Source: Polyangiaceae bacterium
GTDB lineage: Bacteria > Myxococcota_A > Polyangia > Polyangiales > Polyangiaceae
NCBI GenBank assembly: GCA_035063585.1
Contig: JAPSGB010000012.1
Span: 32,001-96,000 of the forward strand
Length of the DNA: 64,000 bases
Reading direction: 5' to 3'
Part shown: piece after piece, positions 9,585 to 18,664 of the stretch
Position numbering within the stretch: position 1 is the stretch's first letter
How the letters are laid out: each line of letters begins with the position of its first letter
Position numbers and translations under genes: made by a program
Notes under the pieces: generated by a model
Databases searched by the model: none
Told to the model about the DNA's origin: nothing
The model's input: the letters and a program-made list of their open reading frames with translations, nothing else

Positions 9585-10001
9585 GTGACGTTCCGCCTGC
9601 GCGCCGGCAAGCGCGGGCTCGAGCTGCGCCTGCACGAGCTAGAGGCGGCGATCATGGACGCGGTGTGGAGCCGGCGGCTCGACGCGTTCGCGGTCGGCGA
9701 GGTGCTCGCCATCCTCGAGCGCGAGCGGCCGCTCGCCTACACGACGGTGATGACCACGGTCGCGCGGCTCTACGAGAAGGGGCTCCTCACACGCGCGCGT
9801 GACGGTAAGCGGTACCTCTACTCGCCGCGCTACACGCGTGAAGCGTTCTTACGCGCGACCGCGCGCGAGGTGCTCGACGAGGCCGTGGGCGGGCCGCAGG
9901 CGATGGCGATGCTGGTCGAGAAGGTCTCGGAGGCGTCCGCGAGCGAGCTCGACGCGCTCGAGGCGCTCATCCACAAGCGGCGCGAGGAGCTCGAGCCGTG
10001 A
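9585..10001 (+). CDS. BlaI/MecI/CopY-family transcriptional repressor
   Basis: ELEAAIMDAVW and LAYTTVMTTVARLYEKGLLTRARDGKRYLYSP winged-helix signature. No C-terminal CxC, so not CopY-type. Confidence 0.92.
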   Translation: MTFRLRAGKRGLELRLHELEAAIMDAVWSRRLDAFAVGEVLAILERERPLAYTTVMTTVARLYEKGLLTRARDGKRYLYSPRYTREAFLRATAREVLDEAVGGPQAMAMLVEKVSEASASELDALEALIHKRREELEP

Positions 10002-11008
10002 GCGAAGCGGCGTTTCCGCTACTGGGCGCCGCGTTCGTGTTCGTGGTGGTGCTCCCGGCCTGCGCGCTCCTCGTGAAGCTCGCCCTGGTCGCCCTCGAGC
10101 GCGGCCGCGCGGGCGGACCGCTCGAGCTCCGCTACCTGCTCCTCACCGGCTCGAGCGCGCTGCCGCTCGCCTGGCTCGTGTCGGCCAGCCTGCACCAGCT
10201 CGAACCCGGGAAATCGGTGCTCGCGTGCCTGTTCGAGCACGCGGACGCGACCCTCTGCGCGGAGCCTGCCGCGTTCGCGTTCGTGCTCGGCGCGAGCACG
10301 CTCGCGCTCTCGCTCGGCGCGTCGAGGCGTCGCCGCGCGGCGCGCCCGGCGCGCTCGGAGGCCGCTCGCGCGCTCCTCGCGCGGCTCGCGCGCGTGGTCG
10401 CCAGTGAGCCGGGGCTCGCGCCGCTCGCGGGGCGCATGGTCGTGACGGACGAGGCGCTCGCGATCGGCACGCGCGGCTGGCTCCGGCCGGAGGTCGTGGT
10501 CGGGCTCGACTTCGCCGGCGAGCTCTCCGACCCGATGTTGGCAGGCGCGCTCGCGCACGAGCTCGAGCACGTGCGCTCGCTCGATCCGCTGCGGTATCTC
10601 GCCGTCGAGCTCGCCTTGGCCGTCAATCCGCTCGGGCGCTTCCTGCTCGCGCCGCACGCCGCGCGCTGGCTCGTCGCGCGCGAGGCGGAGTGTGATCGCG
10701 AGGCGGTGCTCGGCGGCGCCGCGCCGCTGCCGTTGGCGTATGCGATCGTGCGCGCCGCGCGCCCGAGCCCGCAGCTGGCGGTCGCGCTCGGTTCGCCGGA
10801 GCTCGCGGTCATCGAGTATCGCGTCCGGATGCTGCTCGCCTTCGCGGAGCGCGCGCCGGCTCGGCACGGCGCCGCGCGCCCGCGCCTGCTCCCGGCGTCG
10901 CTCGCGCTGCTCGGCCTCACCCTGCTCTTGCCGCACCAGACGAGCTCCGCCGCGCTCGACGTGCTCCACACCGGCTCCGAGCGCGCGCTCGTCGCCTTCT
11001 TGCCATAG
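9998..11008 (+). CDS. M56-family (BlaR1-like) membrane zinc metallopeptidase without a penicillin-binding domain
   Basis: Several TM helices, GWLRPEVVV, AHELEH zinc motif, REAECDREA. GTGA overlap with the repressor gene. Confidence 0.85.
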   Translation: MSEAAFPLLGAAFVFVVVLPACALLVKLALVALERGRAGGPLELRYLLLTGSSALPLAWLVSASLHQLEPGKSVLACLFEHADATLCAEPAAFAFVLGASTLALSLGASRRRRAARPARSEAARALLARLARVVASEPGLAPLAGRMVVTDEALAIGTRGWLRPEVVVGLDFAGELSDPMLAGALAHELEHVRSLDPLRYLAVELALAVNPLGRFLLAPHAARWLVAREAECDREAVLGGAAPLPLAYAIVRAARPSPQLAVALGSPELAVIEYRVRMLLAFAERAPARHGAARPRLLPASLALLGLTLLLPHQTSSAALDVLHTGSERALVAFLP

Positions 11009-11019
11009 GAGGAGGAGCG

Positions 11020-12456
11020 ATGGCTCGTCGAACCTCGCTGCGTGTCGGTTCATCTACTATGCATCGTAGTAGCTTCGCGTTCGCCGGCGCGCTCGGCTTG
11101 CTGGCGGCCTGCGCAGGCGGGCCGCCCGGCGCGCGCGGGGGCGCCGCGGCCGAGTCACCGTCGCCCCACCTGCGCGGCGCGGTCGAGGGCGGCGCGCCGC
11201 GCGCCGCGCGCGCGCCGAGCCCGAGGCTCCCCGAGCCGGCCGCGGGGAGCGACGTCTCGCTCGGCGGCCTCCTCGACTATGCCGACCGGCACTCGCCGGT
11301 GCTCGCGGTCGCGCGGAGCACGCGCTCGCGCGCCGAGGCCGAGCGCATCGCGGCGTCGGTGGCGCCGGTCGGTAACCCGGACCTCTCCGTCGCGGCGGGG
11401 CCTCGCTTCGGCGGCGCGGGCACCGGCGTGGATTTCGAGCTCTCGCTCACGCAGGAGCTCGAGCTCGGCGGCGCGCGCGGGCGCCGAGTGGCCGCGGCGG
11501 ACGCGGGCGCCGAGCTCACCGACGCCGAAATCGAAGCGGTCCGGTGGGCCGTGCACTGCGACGTGCACGCGGCCTTCCACCGCGCGCTGGTCGAGCGCGA
11601 GCACCTGAAGCTCGCCGAGCGCATGGTGCAGTTTCAAGCAGAAGTGCTGAGCGTCGTCGAGCGACAGATCGCCGCTGGTGAGGCGGCGCCGCTCGCGCTG
11701 CGGCTCGCGCGCGCCGAGCTCGCGCAAGCCAAGCAGGAGCACGTCACCGCCGCGCAGGCGTCGCTCTCGGCGCGCATCCGGCTCGCGCAGCTGTCGGGCT
11801 GGCCCGTCGAAGCGCCGCCGACGCCGATCGGCGTCGTCGATCTTCCGCGCGATCCGCCGCCGCTCGAGCGTCTGCTCGCGGTGGCGCGCGAGCGGCTGCC
11901 GAGCCTGCGCGAGCGCGCGCTGCGCGTCCGAGAGGCCGAGGCGCGCGCAGAGGCCGCTGACCGCGAGGCGTGGCCGCGCCCCGCGCTCGGCGTGCAGTAT
12001 CGCCACGAGGGGAGCGCGGAGTCGGCCGAGGTCCGCGACATCGTGCTGGGCGTGGTGTCGCTCCCGCTCCCGGGGTTCCAGCGCAACCAGGGTGAGCGCG
12101 CGCGGGCTCGCGCCGAGCTCCGCGTGCGGGAGGCCGAACGCGCTGCCGCCCAGCGCTTGCTGGCAGGCGAAATCGCCCAGGCGCGCAGCGAGGTGGTGGC
12201 CGCCGCCGCGCGCACCCGCGCCTACGGCGACGAGATCATCCCCGGCTTCGAGGAGAACCTGACGCTCCTCCGGCGCTCGTTCGAGCTCGGCGAGATCGAT
12301 CTGCTCGCGCTCTCCACCGCGCGCGAGCGGTTTCTTCGGATCCAGAGCGACGCGCTCGCCGCGCACGACGACTATTTCGTCGCGCTCGCCGGGCTCGAGC
12401 GGGTGGTCGGCGTGGATCTCTGGCGCGACGATCACGATGAAGAGGCAGCGCGATGA
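11020..12456 (+). CDS. czcC: TolC/CzcC-family outer-membrane efflux lipoprotein
   Basis: Lipobox LLAAC, OEP repeats (LSLTQELELGG, SLPLPGFQRNQG, RSFELGEIDLL). Strong SD before ATG 11020; alternative ATG at 11059. Confidence 0.85.
   Translation: MARRTSLRVGSSTMHRSSFAFAGALGLLAACAGGPPGARGGAAAESPSPHLRGAVEGGAPRAARAPSPRLPEPAAGSDVSLGGLLDYADRHSPVLAVARSTRSRAEAERIAASVAPVGNPDLSVAAGPRFGGAGTGVDFELSLTQELELGGARGRRVAAADAGAELTDAEIEAVRWAVHCDVHAAFHRALVEREHLKLAERMVQFQAEVLSVVERQIAAGEAAPLALRLARAELAQAKQEHVTAAQASLSARIRLAQLSGWPVEAPPTPIGVVDLPRDPPPLERLLAVARERLPSLRERALRVREAEARAEAADREAWPRPALGVQYRHEGSAESAEVRDIVLGVVSLPLPGFQRNQGERARARAELRVREAERAAAQRLLAGEIAQARSEVVAAAARTRAYGDEIIPGFEENLTLLRRSFELGEIDLLALSTARERFLRIQSDALAAHDDYFVALAGLERVVGVDLWRDDHDEEAAR
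11049..11072. promoter_or_regulatory. putative BlaI-family operator 2 (inverted copy)
   Basis: TTCATCTACTATGCATCGTAGTAG contains TACTAT-N5-GTAGTA and overlaps the 5' end of the TolC gene, including the alternative ATG 11059. Confidence 0.75.
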
Positions 12457-13616
12457 GCTGGGTCAGGTGGCTGGGATTCGCGGCCGGCGTCTCTTGGGCG
12501 GGGCTCGGCGCCTGCGCGGGCGGTGAGCGCGCGGCGCCGAGCGAGCACGCGGACGAGCACGCGGGCGGTGCCGAGCGCCGCCTCGGAGAGGTGTCCCTCT
12601 CTCAGGAGGCGCTCGAGCGCGCGGGCATCCGAGTGGGCGTCGCGGAGCGTCGCGCGCTGACGGGCGGCGTCGCGATCCCGGCCGAGGTGCAGTTCGAGCC
12701 GACCAGCACCGCGCACGTCGGGCCGCTCGTCTCCGGGCGGATCACGCGGGTCGCGGTCGCACTCGGGGATCGGGTCGAGCGCGGGCAGCTGCTCGGTGTG
12801 GTGGCGTCGACCGACGTCTCGGCGGCTCGCGCGCGGCTCGACCAGGCGCGCGCGCGGTTGTCGGCCGCGGAGGCCACGCTCGAGCGGCAGAAGCAGCTCT
12901 CCGCCGAGGGGATCGGCGCGCAGCGCTCGCTGGTCGCGGCCGAGGCCGAGGTGGGCGAGCTGCGCGCAGAGGCCGCGGGCGTGCGGCGCCAGCTCGCGGT
13001 GGTCGGCGCGGGTCGGGGCGGCGAGCTCACGCTGAAGGCGCCCATCGACGGAGTGGTCGTTGCGGTGCACGCGACCATCGGCGAGACGGTGAGCCCCGAG
13101 CAGCCCGCGTTCGTCGTCACCGATCCGACCAGGGTCTGGGTGCGGGGCAGCGTACCCGAGCTCGAGCTCGCGCGGCTGCAGCCGGGCTCGGCCGCGGTCG
13201 TGCGGCTGCATGCGTTCCCGGAGCTAGCCATGGCTGGCAAGGTCACCTACATCGCGCCCGCGCTCGACGAGCGTACGCGCTCGCTGCCGATTCGAGTGGC
13301 GCTCGAGGCGCCCGATGCGCGGCTTCGGAGCGGGCTCTTCGGCAGCATCGAGCTCGTGGGCGGTCCGGCCGACGAGCGGCCGCTGGTCGTGCCGGTCGGC
13401 GCGGTGGCGACCCTCGGCGGACAGACGGTGGTGTTCGTGCCCGCCGGCGGCGACGGGAAGTTTCGGCCGCAGCCCGTGAGGCTCGGGCGGCGCGCCGGAG
13501 GGTTCTTCGAGGTGCGGAGCGGCCTCGACGCGGGCGAGGCGCTCGCCGTGAGCGCCGCCTTCACCCTGAAGAGCGCGCTCGAGAGCGAGCAGCTGAGCGA
13601 GGGCCACGCGCACTGA
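12453..13616 (+). CDS. czcB: RND periplasmic adaptor (CzcB-like)
   Basis: Lipobox, His-containing N-terminus (EHADEH), VALGDRVERGQLL biotinyl-like motif, LKAPIDGVV, LRSGLFG and a C-terminal GHAH. ATGA overlap. Confidence 0.9.
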   Translation: MSWVRWLGFAAGVSWAGLGACAGGERAAPSEHADEHAGGAERRLGEVSLSQEALERAGIRVGVAERRALTGGVAIPAEVQFEPTSTAHVGPLVSGRITRVAVALGDRVERGQLLGVVASTDVSAARARLDQARARLSAAEATLERQKQLSAEGIGAQRSLVAAEAEVGELRAEAAGVRRQLAVVGAGRGGELTLKAPIDGVVVAVHATIGETVSPEQPAFVVTDPTRVWVRGSVPELELARLQPGSAAVVRLHAFPELAMAGKVTYIAPALDERTRSLPIRVALEAPDARLRSGLFGSIELVGGPADERPLVVPVGAVATLGGQTVVFVPAGGDGKFRPQPVRLGRRAGGFFEVRSGLDAGEALAVSAAFTLKSALESEQLSEGHAH

Positions 13617-13626
13617 GGGGTCGCTC

Positions 13627-16600
13627 ATGAAGGCGCTCGTCGATCTGTGCCTACGGTGGCGGCTGCTCGTCGTCGTGTTCGCGACCATCGTCGCCGCCAT
13701 CGGCGTGAGGAGCGCGTTGCGGCTACCCATCGACGCGGTGCCGGACATCACCAACGTCCAGGTCCAGGTGCTCACCGACGCCGCCGCGCTCGGGCCCGTC
13801 GACGTCGAGCGCACCATCACGTTCCCGGTCGAGTCGTCGATGAGCGGGCTGCCCGGCGTCGAGGAGCTCCGGAGCGTGTCGCGGTTCGGGCTCTCGGCGG
13901 TGACCATCGTGTTCGAAGAGGGGACCGATCTCTTGCGCGCCCGGCAGCTCGTCTCGGAGCGCCTGGCCCAGGCCAAGGAGCGGCTCCCGGCGGGCGCCGT
14001 GCCGGAGCTCGGGCCGCTGAGCTCGGGGCTCGGCGAGATCCTCCAGTTCGAGCTCCGCGCCGACCGGCTCTGCGCGCCGGGAGAGCCGTCGCGCGAGGGC
14101 TGCTACTCCTCGATGGATCTCCGCTCGATGCTCGACTGGTTCGTTGCCTACGAGCTTCGCTCGGTCCCCGGAGTGGTGGAGGTGAACTCCTTCGGCGGCG
14201 AGCTCAAGACCTACGAGGTCGAGGTCTTGCCGAATCGGCTCCGTGCGCTCGACGTGTCGTTGAACCAGCTCTTCGATGCCATCGAGAAGAACAACGCCAC
14301 CGCCGGAGGGGGATACCTGGTGCGCTCCGGCGAACAGCTCCTGGTGCGCGGCGAGGGGCGAATCCAGAGCCTCGAGGAGGTCGGAGACGTGCTCATCGAG
14401 ACTCGCGCGGACGGGGTTCCGGTGCGGGTGCGCGATGTGGCCCGGGTGCACCTCGCGCCGATGCTCCGTCAGGGAGCGGTCACGCGCGATGGGCGGGGTG
14501 AGGTGGTGACCGGGATCGTGATGATGCTGGTCGGCGCGAACGGCCGCGAGGTGGTCGAGGACGTGAAGGGGAAGATCGCGCAGATTTCGCCCTCGCTCCC
14601 GCCCGGCGTGCACATCGACGTCTTCTATGATCGCGCCGAGCTCGTGAATCGCACCATCCGCACGGTGGCGAAGAACCTCGCGGAGGGCGCGCTCTTCGTG
14701 GTCGCGGTGCTGTTCCTCTTGCTCGGGAGCATCCGCGGAGGGCTCATCGTCGCCGTCACCATCCCGTTCGCGCTGCTGGTCGCCTTCACCGCGATGAAGG
14801 CGCTCGGCCTGTCGGGCAACCTGATGAGCCTGGGCGCCATCGATTTCGGCATCGTGGTGGACGGTTCCATCATCGTGGTCGAAAACGCGGTGGTGCGCCT
14901 GTCCGCCGCGGCCCGCGGCCAGGAGCGCGCGATGAGCTACGAGGAGGCGGCCCGCGTGGTGCTCGACTCGACGCTCGACGTGAGCAAGGCCGCGGTCTTC
15001 GGCGGGGTCATCATCGTCATCGTCTACGTGCCCATCCTCACGCTCTCTGGCATCGAGGGGAAGATGTTCGAGCCGATGGCGCTCACCGTGCTTTTTGCGC
15101 TGGTAGGAGCCTTCGCGGCGTCGCTCACGCTGGTGCCGGTGCTGGTCGCCACCTTCCTCCGCGGGCGCGCCGAGGCCCGCGAGCCGCTCCTCGTGCGGCT
15201 CGCGCATCGCGTCTATCCGCGCCTCTTGCGGCCGCTCATGGCCGCGCCGAAGCGGGTGATGGCGGTCGCGGCGCTGCTCCTCGTCGCCGCGCTCGGCCTG
15301 GCGTCGCGCATGGGCGGGGAGTTCATCCCGCGCCTCGACGAAGGCGCGCTCGCCATCCAGATCCTACGGCTCCCGAGCGTCTCGCTCGAGGAGAGCCTGG
15401 CGAGCGCGACCCGCTTCGAGAAGGTCATCGGTGAGTTCCCGGAGGTCGTCACCGTGGTCTCGAAGACGGGGCGCGCCGAGATCGCCACCGATCCGATGGG
15501 CGTCGAGCTCTCGGACTGCATGGTCATGTTGAAGCCGGAGGCGGAGTGGAAGACCGCACGCACCCGCGAGGAGCTCATCGCGCGCATGTCCGAGCGGTTC
15601 GCCGAGGCCTTGCCCGGGCTCGGGTTCTCGTTCTCGCAGCCCATCGAGCTTCGTATGGCCGAGCTCATCAGCGGGAGCCGCTCGGACGTCGCGCTCACCA
15701 TCTACGGCGACGATCTGGCGGAGCTCGAGCGGCTGAGTCACGAGGTCCAGGCCGTCTTGCGCGCGGTGCCGGGCGCGACCGACGTGCGCGGGGAGCAGCT
15801 CGCGGGCCTCCCGACCCTCGAGGTGACGGTCGATCGGGCGCTCGCCTCGCGCTACGGCGTCTCGATTCGCGACGCGCTCGACGCCATCGAGGTGCTCGGC
15901 GGGCGCGAGGTGGGCGAGGTGTACGAGGGCGAGCGCCGATATCGGCTGCAGGTGCGGGTCCCCGAGAGCATGCGCGACGACATCGCTCAGGTGCGCAGCC
16001 TGCCCGTGAGCGGTGAGAGCGGCCCGCTGGTCCCGCTCGGTCAGATCGCCAGCATCCAGGTGGTCGACTCGCCGGCGAGCGTGAGCCGCGAGGCGGCGCG
16101 CCGGCGAACCAACGTGGAGGTCAACGTGCGCGGGCGCGATCTCGCGTCGTTCGTCGGTGAGGCGCGGGCGCGCGTGGAGCGTGAGGTTCGGACCTCACCC
16201 GGCACCGTCCTCCGGTGGAGCGGGCAGTTCGAGAACCTGAGCGCCGCGACCGAGCGGCTCGCGGTCGCCGTACCGCTCGCGCTCGGGCTCGTGTTCGTCC
16301 TGCTCTACATGGCGTTCGGTGAGCTCCGGGCGGCGCTCATCATCTATCTGAACGTGCCCTTCGCGGCGGTCGGCGGGGTCTTCCTCCTGGCCGCGCGCGG
16401 GATGCCGTTCTCGATCAGCGCGGGCATCGGCTTCATCGCGCTCTTCGGGATCGCGGTCTTGAACGGGGTCGTGCTGCTCTCCACCGTGAAGAAGCTCCGC
16501 GCGCGCGGCGCCGCGCCGGAGGACGCGGCGCGCGAGGGCGCCGAGTCCCGGCTCCGGGCCGTGCTGATGACGGCCGCGGTCGCGGCGCTCGGGTTCGCGC

Positions 16601-16800
16601 CCATGGCGCTCTCGTCGAGCGCCGGCGCCGAGGTGCAGCGTCCGCTCGCGACGGTGGTCATCGGTGGCCTCGTGAGCGCCACCTTCCTGACCCTCTTCGT
16701 CGTGCCGACCCTCTACGCCTTCGTGTATCGGGTGCGACCCGCGCGAGGCGCCTCGGATCCGTCAGGTGCGCGCCTTGACATCCCGGGGTCCGGCCCGTAA
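13627..16800 (+). CDS. czcA: CzcA/CusA-family heavy-metal RND permease
   Basis: LPIDAVPDITNVQVQV, GNLMSLGAIDFGIVVDGSIIVVEN and GAEVQRPLATVVIGG motifs; 1057 aa. Confidence 0.95.
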   Translation: MKALVDLCLRWRLLVVVFATIVAAIGVRSALRLPIDAVPDITNVQVQVLTDAAALGPVDVERTITFPVESSMSGLPGVEELRSVSRFGLSAVTIVFEEGTDLLRARQLVSERLAQAKERLPAGAVPELGPLSSGLGEILQFELRADRLCAPGEPSREGCYSSMDLRSMLDWFVAYELRSVPGVVEVNSFGGELKTYEVEVLPNRLRALDVSLNQLFDAIEKNNATAGGGYLVRSGEQLLVRGEGRIQSLEEVGDVLIETRADGVPVRVRDVARVHLAPMLRQGAVTRDGRGEVVTGIVMMLVGANGREVVEDVKGKIAQISPSLPPGVHIDVFYDRAELVNRTIRTVAKNLAEGALFVVAVLFLLLGSIRGGLIVAVTIPFALLVAFTAMKALGLSGNLMSLGAIDFGIVVDGSIIVVENAVVRLSAAARGQERAMSYEEAARVVLDSTLDVSKAAVFGGVIIVIVYVPILTLSGIEGKMFEPMALTVLFALVGAFAASLTLVPVLVATFLRGRAEAREPLLVRLAHRVYPRLLRPLMAAPKRVMAVAALLLVAALGLASRMGGEFIPRLDEGALAIQILRLPSVSLEESLASATRFEKVIGEFPEVVTVVSKTGRAEIATDPMGVELSDCMVMLKPEAEWKTARTREELIARMSERFAEALPGLGFSFSQPIELRMAELISGSRSDVALTIYGDDLAELERLSHEVQAVLRAVPGATDVRGEQLAGLPTLEVTVDRALASRYGVSIRDALDAIEVLGGREVGEVYEGERRYRLQVRVPESMRDDIAQVRSLPVSGESGPLVPLGQIASIQVVDSPASVSREAARRRTNVEVNVRGRDLASFVGEARARVEREVRTSPGTVLRWSGQFENLSAATERLAVAVPLALGLVFVLLYMAFGELRAALIIYLNVPFAAVGGVFLLAARGMPFSISAGIGFIALFGIAVLNGVVLLSTVKKLRARGAAPEDAAREGAESRLRAVLMTAAVAALGFAPMALSSSAGAEVQRPLATVVIGGLVSATFLTLFVVPTLYAFVYRVRPARGASDPSGARLDIPGSGP

Positions 16801-16842
16801 GTCGAGGGGGCACGACGCCCGTCCCGCCCGGTCGGGCAGCCG

Positions 16843-18600
16843 ATGAGAGGAGCCACCGTGGTCGGAGCGAGGCAAGGTCCCCTGAGCCCCCCCGTTGGCG
16901 CGCTTCCCGCCGAGTCGGTCTGGCTGCTCGGCACGCTCGGACAGATCCTGGATCCGGCGAACCTCCCGGTGAGCCTCTCGCGCGCGACCCAGCTGCTCCG
17001 CGAGGCGGTCGACGCCGACGACGCCGAGCTCTTCCTCGCCGATCCATCCACGGGCACCCTGGTGCTCACGGCGGCGGAGGGACCGGATCGCGACGCCTTC
17101 TTCGAGCGCATGACGTTCCTACCCGGCGAGGGGCACCCGGGCCGCTCGCTGGCCCGCGGCAAGCCGCTCCAGGCGAAGGACATCACCCATGATCGGCGCT
17201 ACCTGCGCTCGGAGGTGAAGCGGCGCGGGCTCCGCTCGTACCTCTCCATTCCACTGATGGACGTGGGCGGGCCGCTCGGCTCCCTGCACTTTGCGTGGAG
17301 GGACGTCGGCGCGCCGATGGACGAGGCCGTCCGGCGCACCGCGCCCGCGGCGCGACCCATCGCGACCACCATCCGCGCCGCGCTGGCGACCCTCGGCTCC
17401 GCGGCGCGCGGCGCCGAGCCCGGCGATCCGGTGGAGGTCGTGCACTTGCTGCGGCGGCTCTGGGCGGACGACGTCGCGTCCGCGTGGATTCGCCTGCCGG
17501 GGCGCGCCGTATCGTCCGGCGGCAGGCGTCAGCTCGCGACGGTGAACCTCGAGCGCTGCCCGTCGCTCCTCGAGGGGCGCCCGGTCATGCTCGATCCGTC
17601 GGGCGCCCCGGCTTCTGCCACGTGCCTGGAGTGCGGCAGCCCGACGCGCGCGCGCTGCTGCCTCCCGATCCCCGCCGCTGGCGGCGCGAGCGGGCTCATC
17701 GGCGTCGAGTATGACGTCGGGCTGCCGGGCCCGCCGACGCGCGATCTGGTCGCCCTCGAGCTCTTCGCCCGAGAGCTCGGCGCGCGTGAGGAGGCGGTAA
17801 CGGAGGTAGCGCCGGCCGCGGCCGCTGCCCTCGAGCTCCGGTGCCTCGGCTCGTTCGAGGTCGCCATCGGCGGCGTGCGCGTGCCGAACGCCGCGTTCGC
17901 GCGGCGCGGCGCCGTCACGCTGCTCAAGATCCTGGCGCTACGCGAGGGGCGGCCCATCACGCGCGAGGCGCTCGCGGACATGCTCTGGCCGGACGCCGAT
18001 CTCGCGAGCGCGACCAACCGGCTGCACGGCTGGGTGCACGCGCTCCGCGCGGCGGTCGAGCCCTGCACGAGCGATCGGGAGCGCTGGCGCTACGTCATCA
18101 GTGAGGGCGACCAATACCGGCTGGACACCTCCGCGATCGACGTCGATCTGACCCGCTTTCGCGCCGCGCTCTCCGCCTGGCGCCGCGAGTCCGCCGAGCC
18201 AGCGGCGTCCATCAGGCACCTCGAGGCGGCGGCGTCACTCCTGCACGGGGACCTGTTCGAGGACGACCCGTTCGCCGACTGGTGCGCGAGTGAGCGCACC
18301 GAGCTCCGCCGCCAGCGCGTCGAGGTGCTGGCCGCGCTCGGGCGGGTCCACGCGACCCATGGCGATCCCGAGCGGGCGGCCGAGGTCTTTCGCGAGTCGA
18401 TCCGCGTCGATCCGCTCCGCGAGGAGCTCCACCGCGAGCTCATCGGGTTACTGGTCAAGCTGCGCCGGCCGCACGAGGCGCGCGCTCAGTACGACGCGGT
18501 GGTCCGGCTGCTCGAGGACGAGCTCGGCGCCGCGCCGTCGCTCGAGCTGCGCCGCCTGATGACGACCCTCGGCGTCGTGCCGCCGCGCCGCTCCTCGTAA
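16843..18600 (+). CDS. GAF-domain plus winged-HTH/BTAD (SARP-type) transcriptional activator
   Basis: N-terminal GAF (GEGHPGR...SYLSIPL), a second Cys-containing GAF-like segment, LRCLGSFEV...LADMLWPD HTH and a BTAD region (GDLFEDDPFADW, DPLREELHRELI, LEDELGAAPS). Confidence 0.88.
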   Translation: MRGATVVGARQGPLSPPVGALPAESVWLLGTLGQILDPANLPVSLSRATQLLREAVDADDAELFLADPSTGTLVLTAAEGPDRDAFFERMTFLPGEGHPGRSLARGKPLQAKDITHDRRYLRSEVKRRGLRSYLSIPLMDVGGPLGSLHFAWRDVGAPMDEAVRRTAPAARPIATTIRAALATLGSAARGAEPGDPVEVVHLLRRLWADDVASAWIRLPGRAVSSGGRRQLATVNLERCPSLLEGRPVMLDPSGAPASATCLECGSPTRARCCLPIPAAGGASGLIGVEYDVGLPGPPTRDLVALELFARELGAREEAVTEVAPAAAAALELRCLGSFEVAIGGVRVPNAAFARRGAVTLLKILALREGRPITREALADMLWPDADLASATNRLHGWVHALRAAVEPCTSDRERWRYVISEGDQYRLDTSAIDVDLTRFRAALSAWRRESAEPAASIRHLEAAASLLHGDLFEDDPFADWCASERTELRRQRVEVLAALGRVHATHGDPERAAEVFRESIRVDPLREELHRELIGLLVKLRRPHEARAQYDAVVRLLEDELGAAPSLELRRLMTTLGVVPPRRSS

Positions 18601-18616
18601 TTGGCGCGTAAGTGGC
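18596..18616 (+). promoter_or_regulatory. 11-bp-period direct repeat, putative SARP/OmpR-type binding site
   Basis: CGTAATTGGC (18596-18605) and CGTAAGTGGC (18607-18616) overlap the regulator's stop codon and lie upstream of the next gene. Confidence 0.5.
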
Positions 18617-18664
18617 CCGAGGTACCGAGTGCTTGCGACCAGACACGGTCGCAAGGAGCGCGGC

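Noticed and set aside
9585..10001. CopY copper repressor
   Set aside because: No C-terminal Cys motif, and it is coupled to an M56 peptidase as BlaI-type repressors are.
9540..11072. Inverted 24-bp repeats as ends of an invertible segment or transposon
   Set aside because: No recombinase or transposase nearby. Each copy is itself palindromic and sits at a gene start, as expected for repressor operators.
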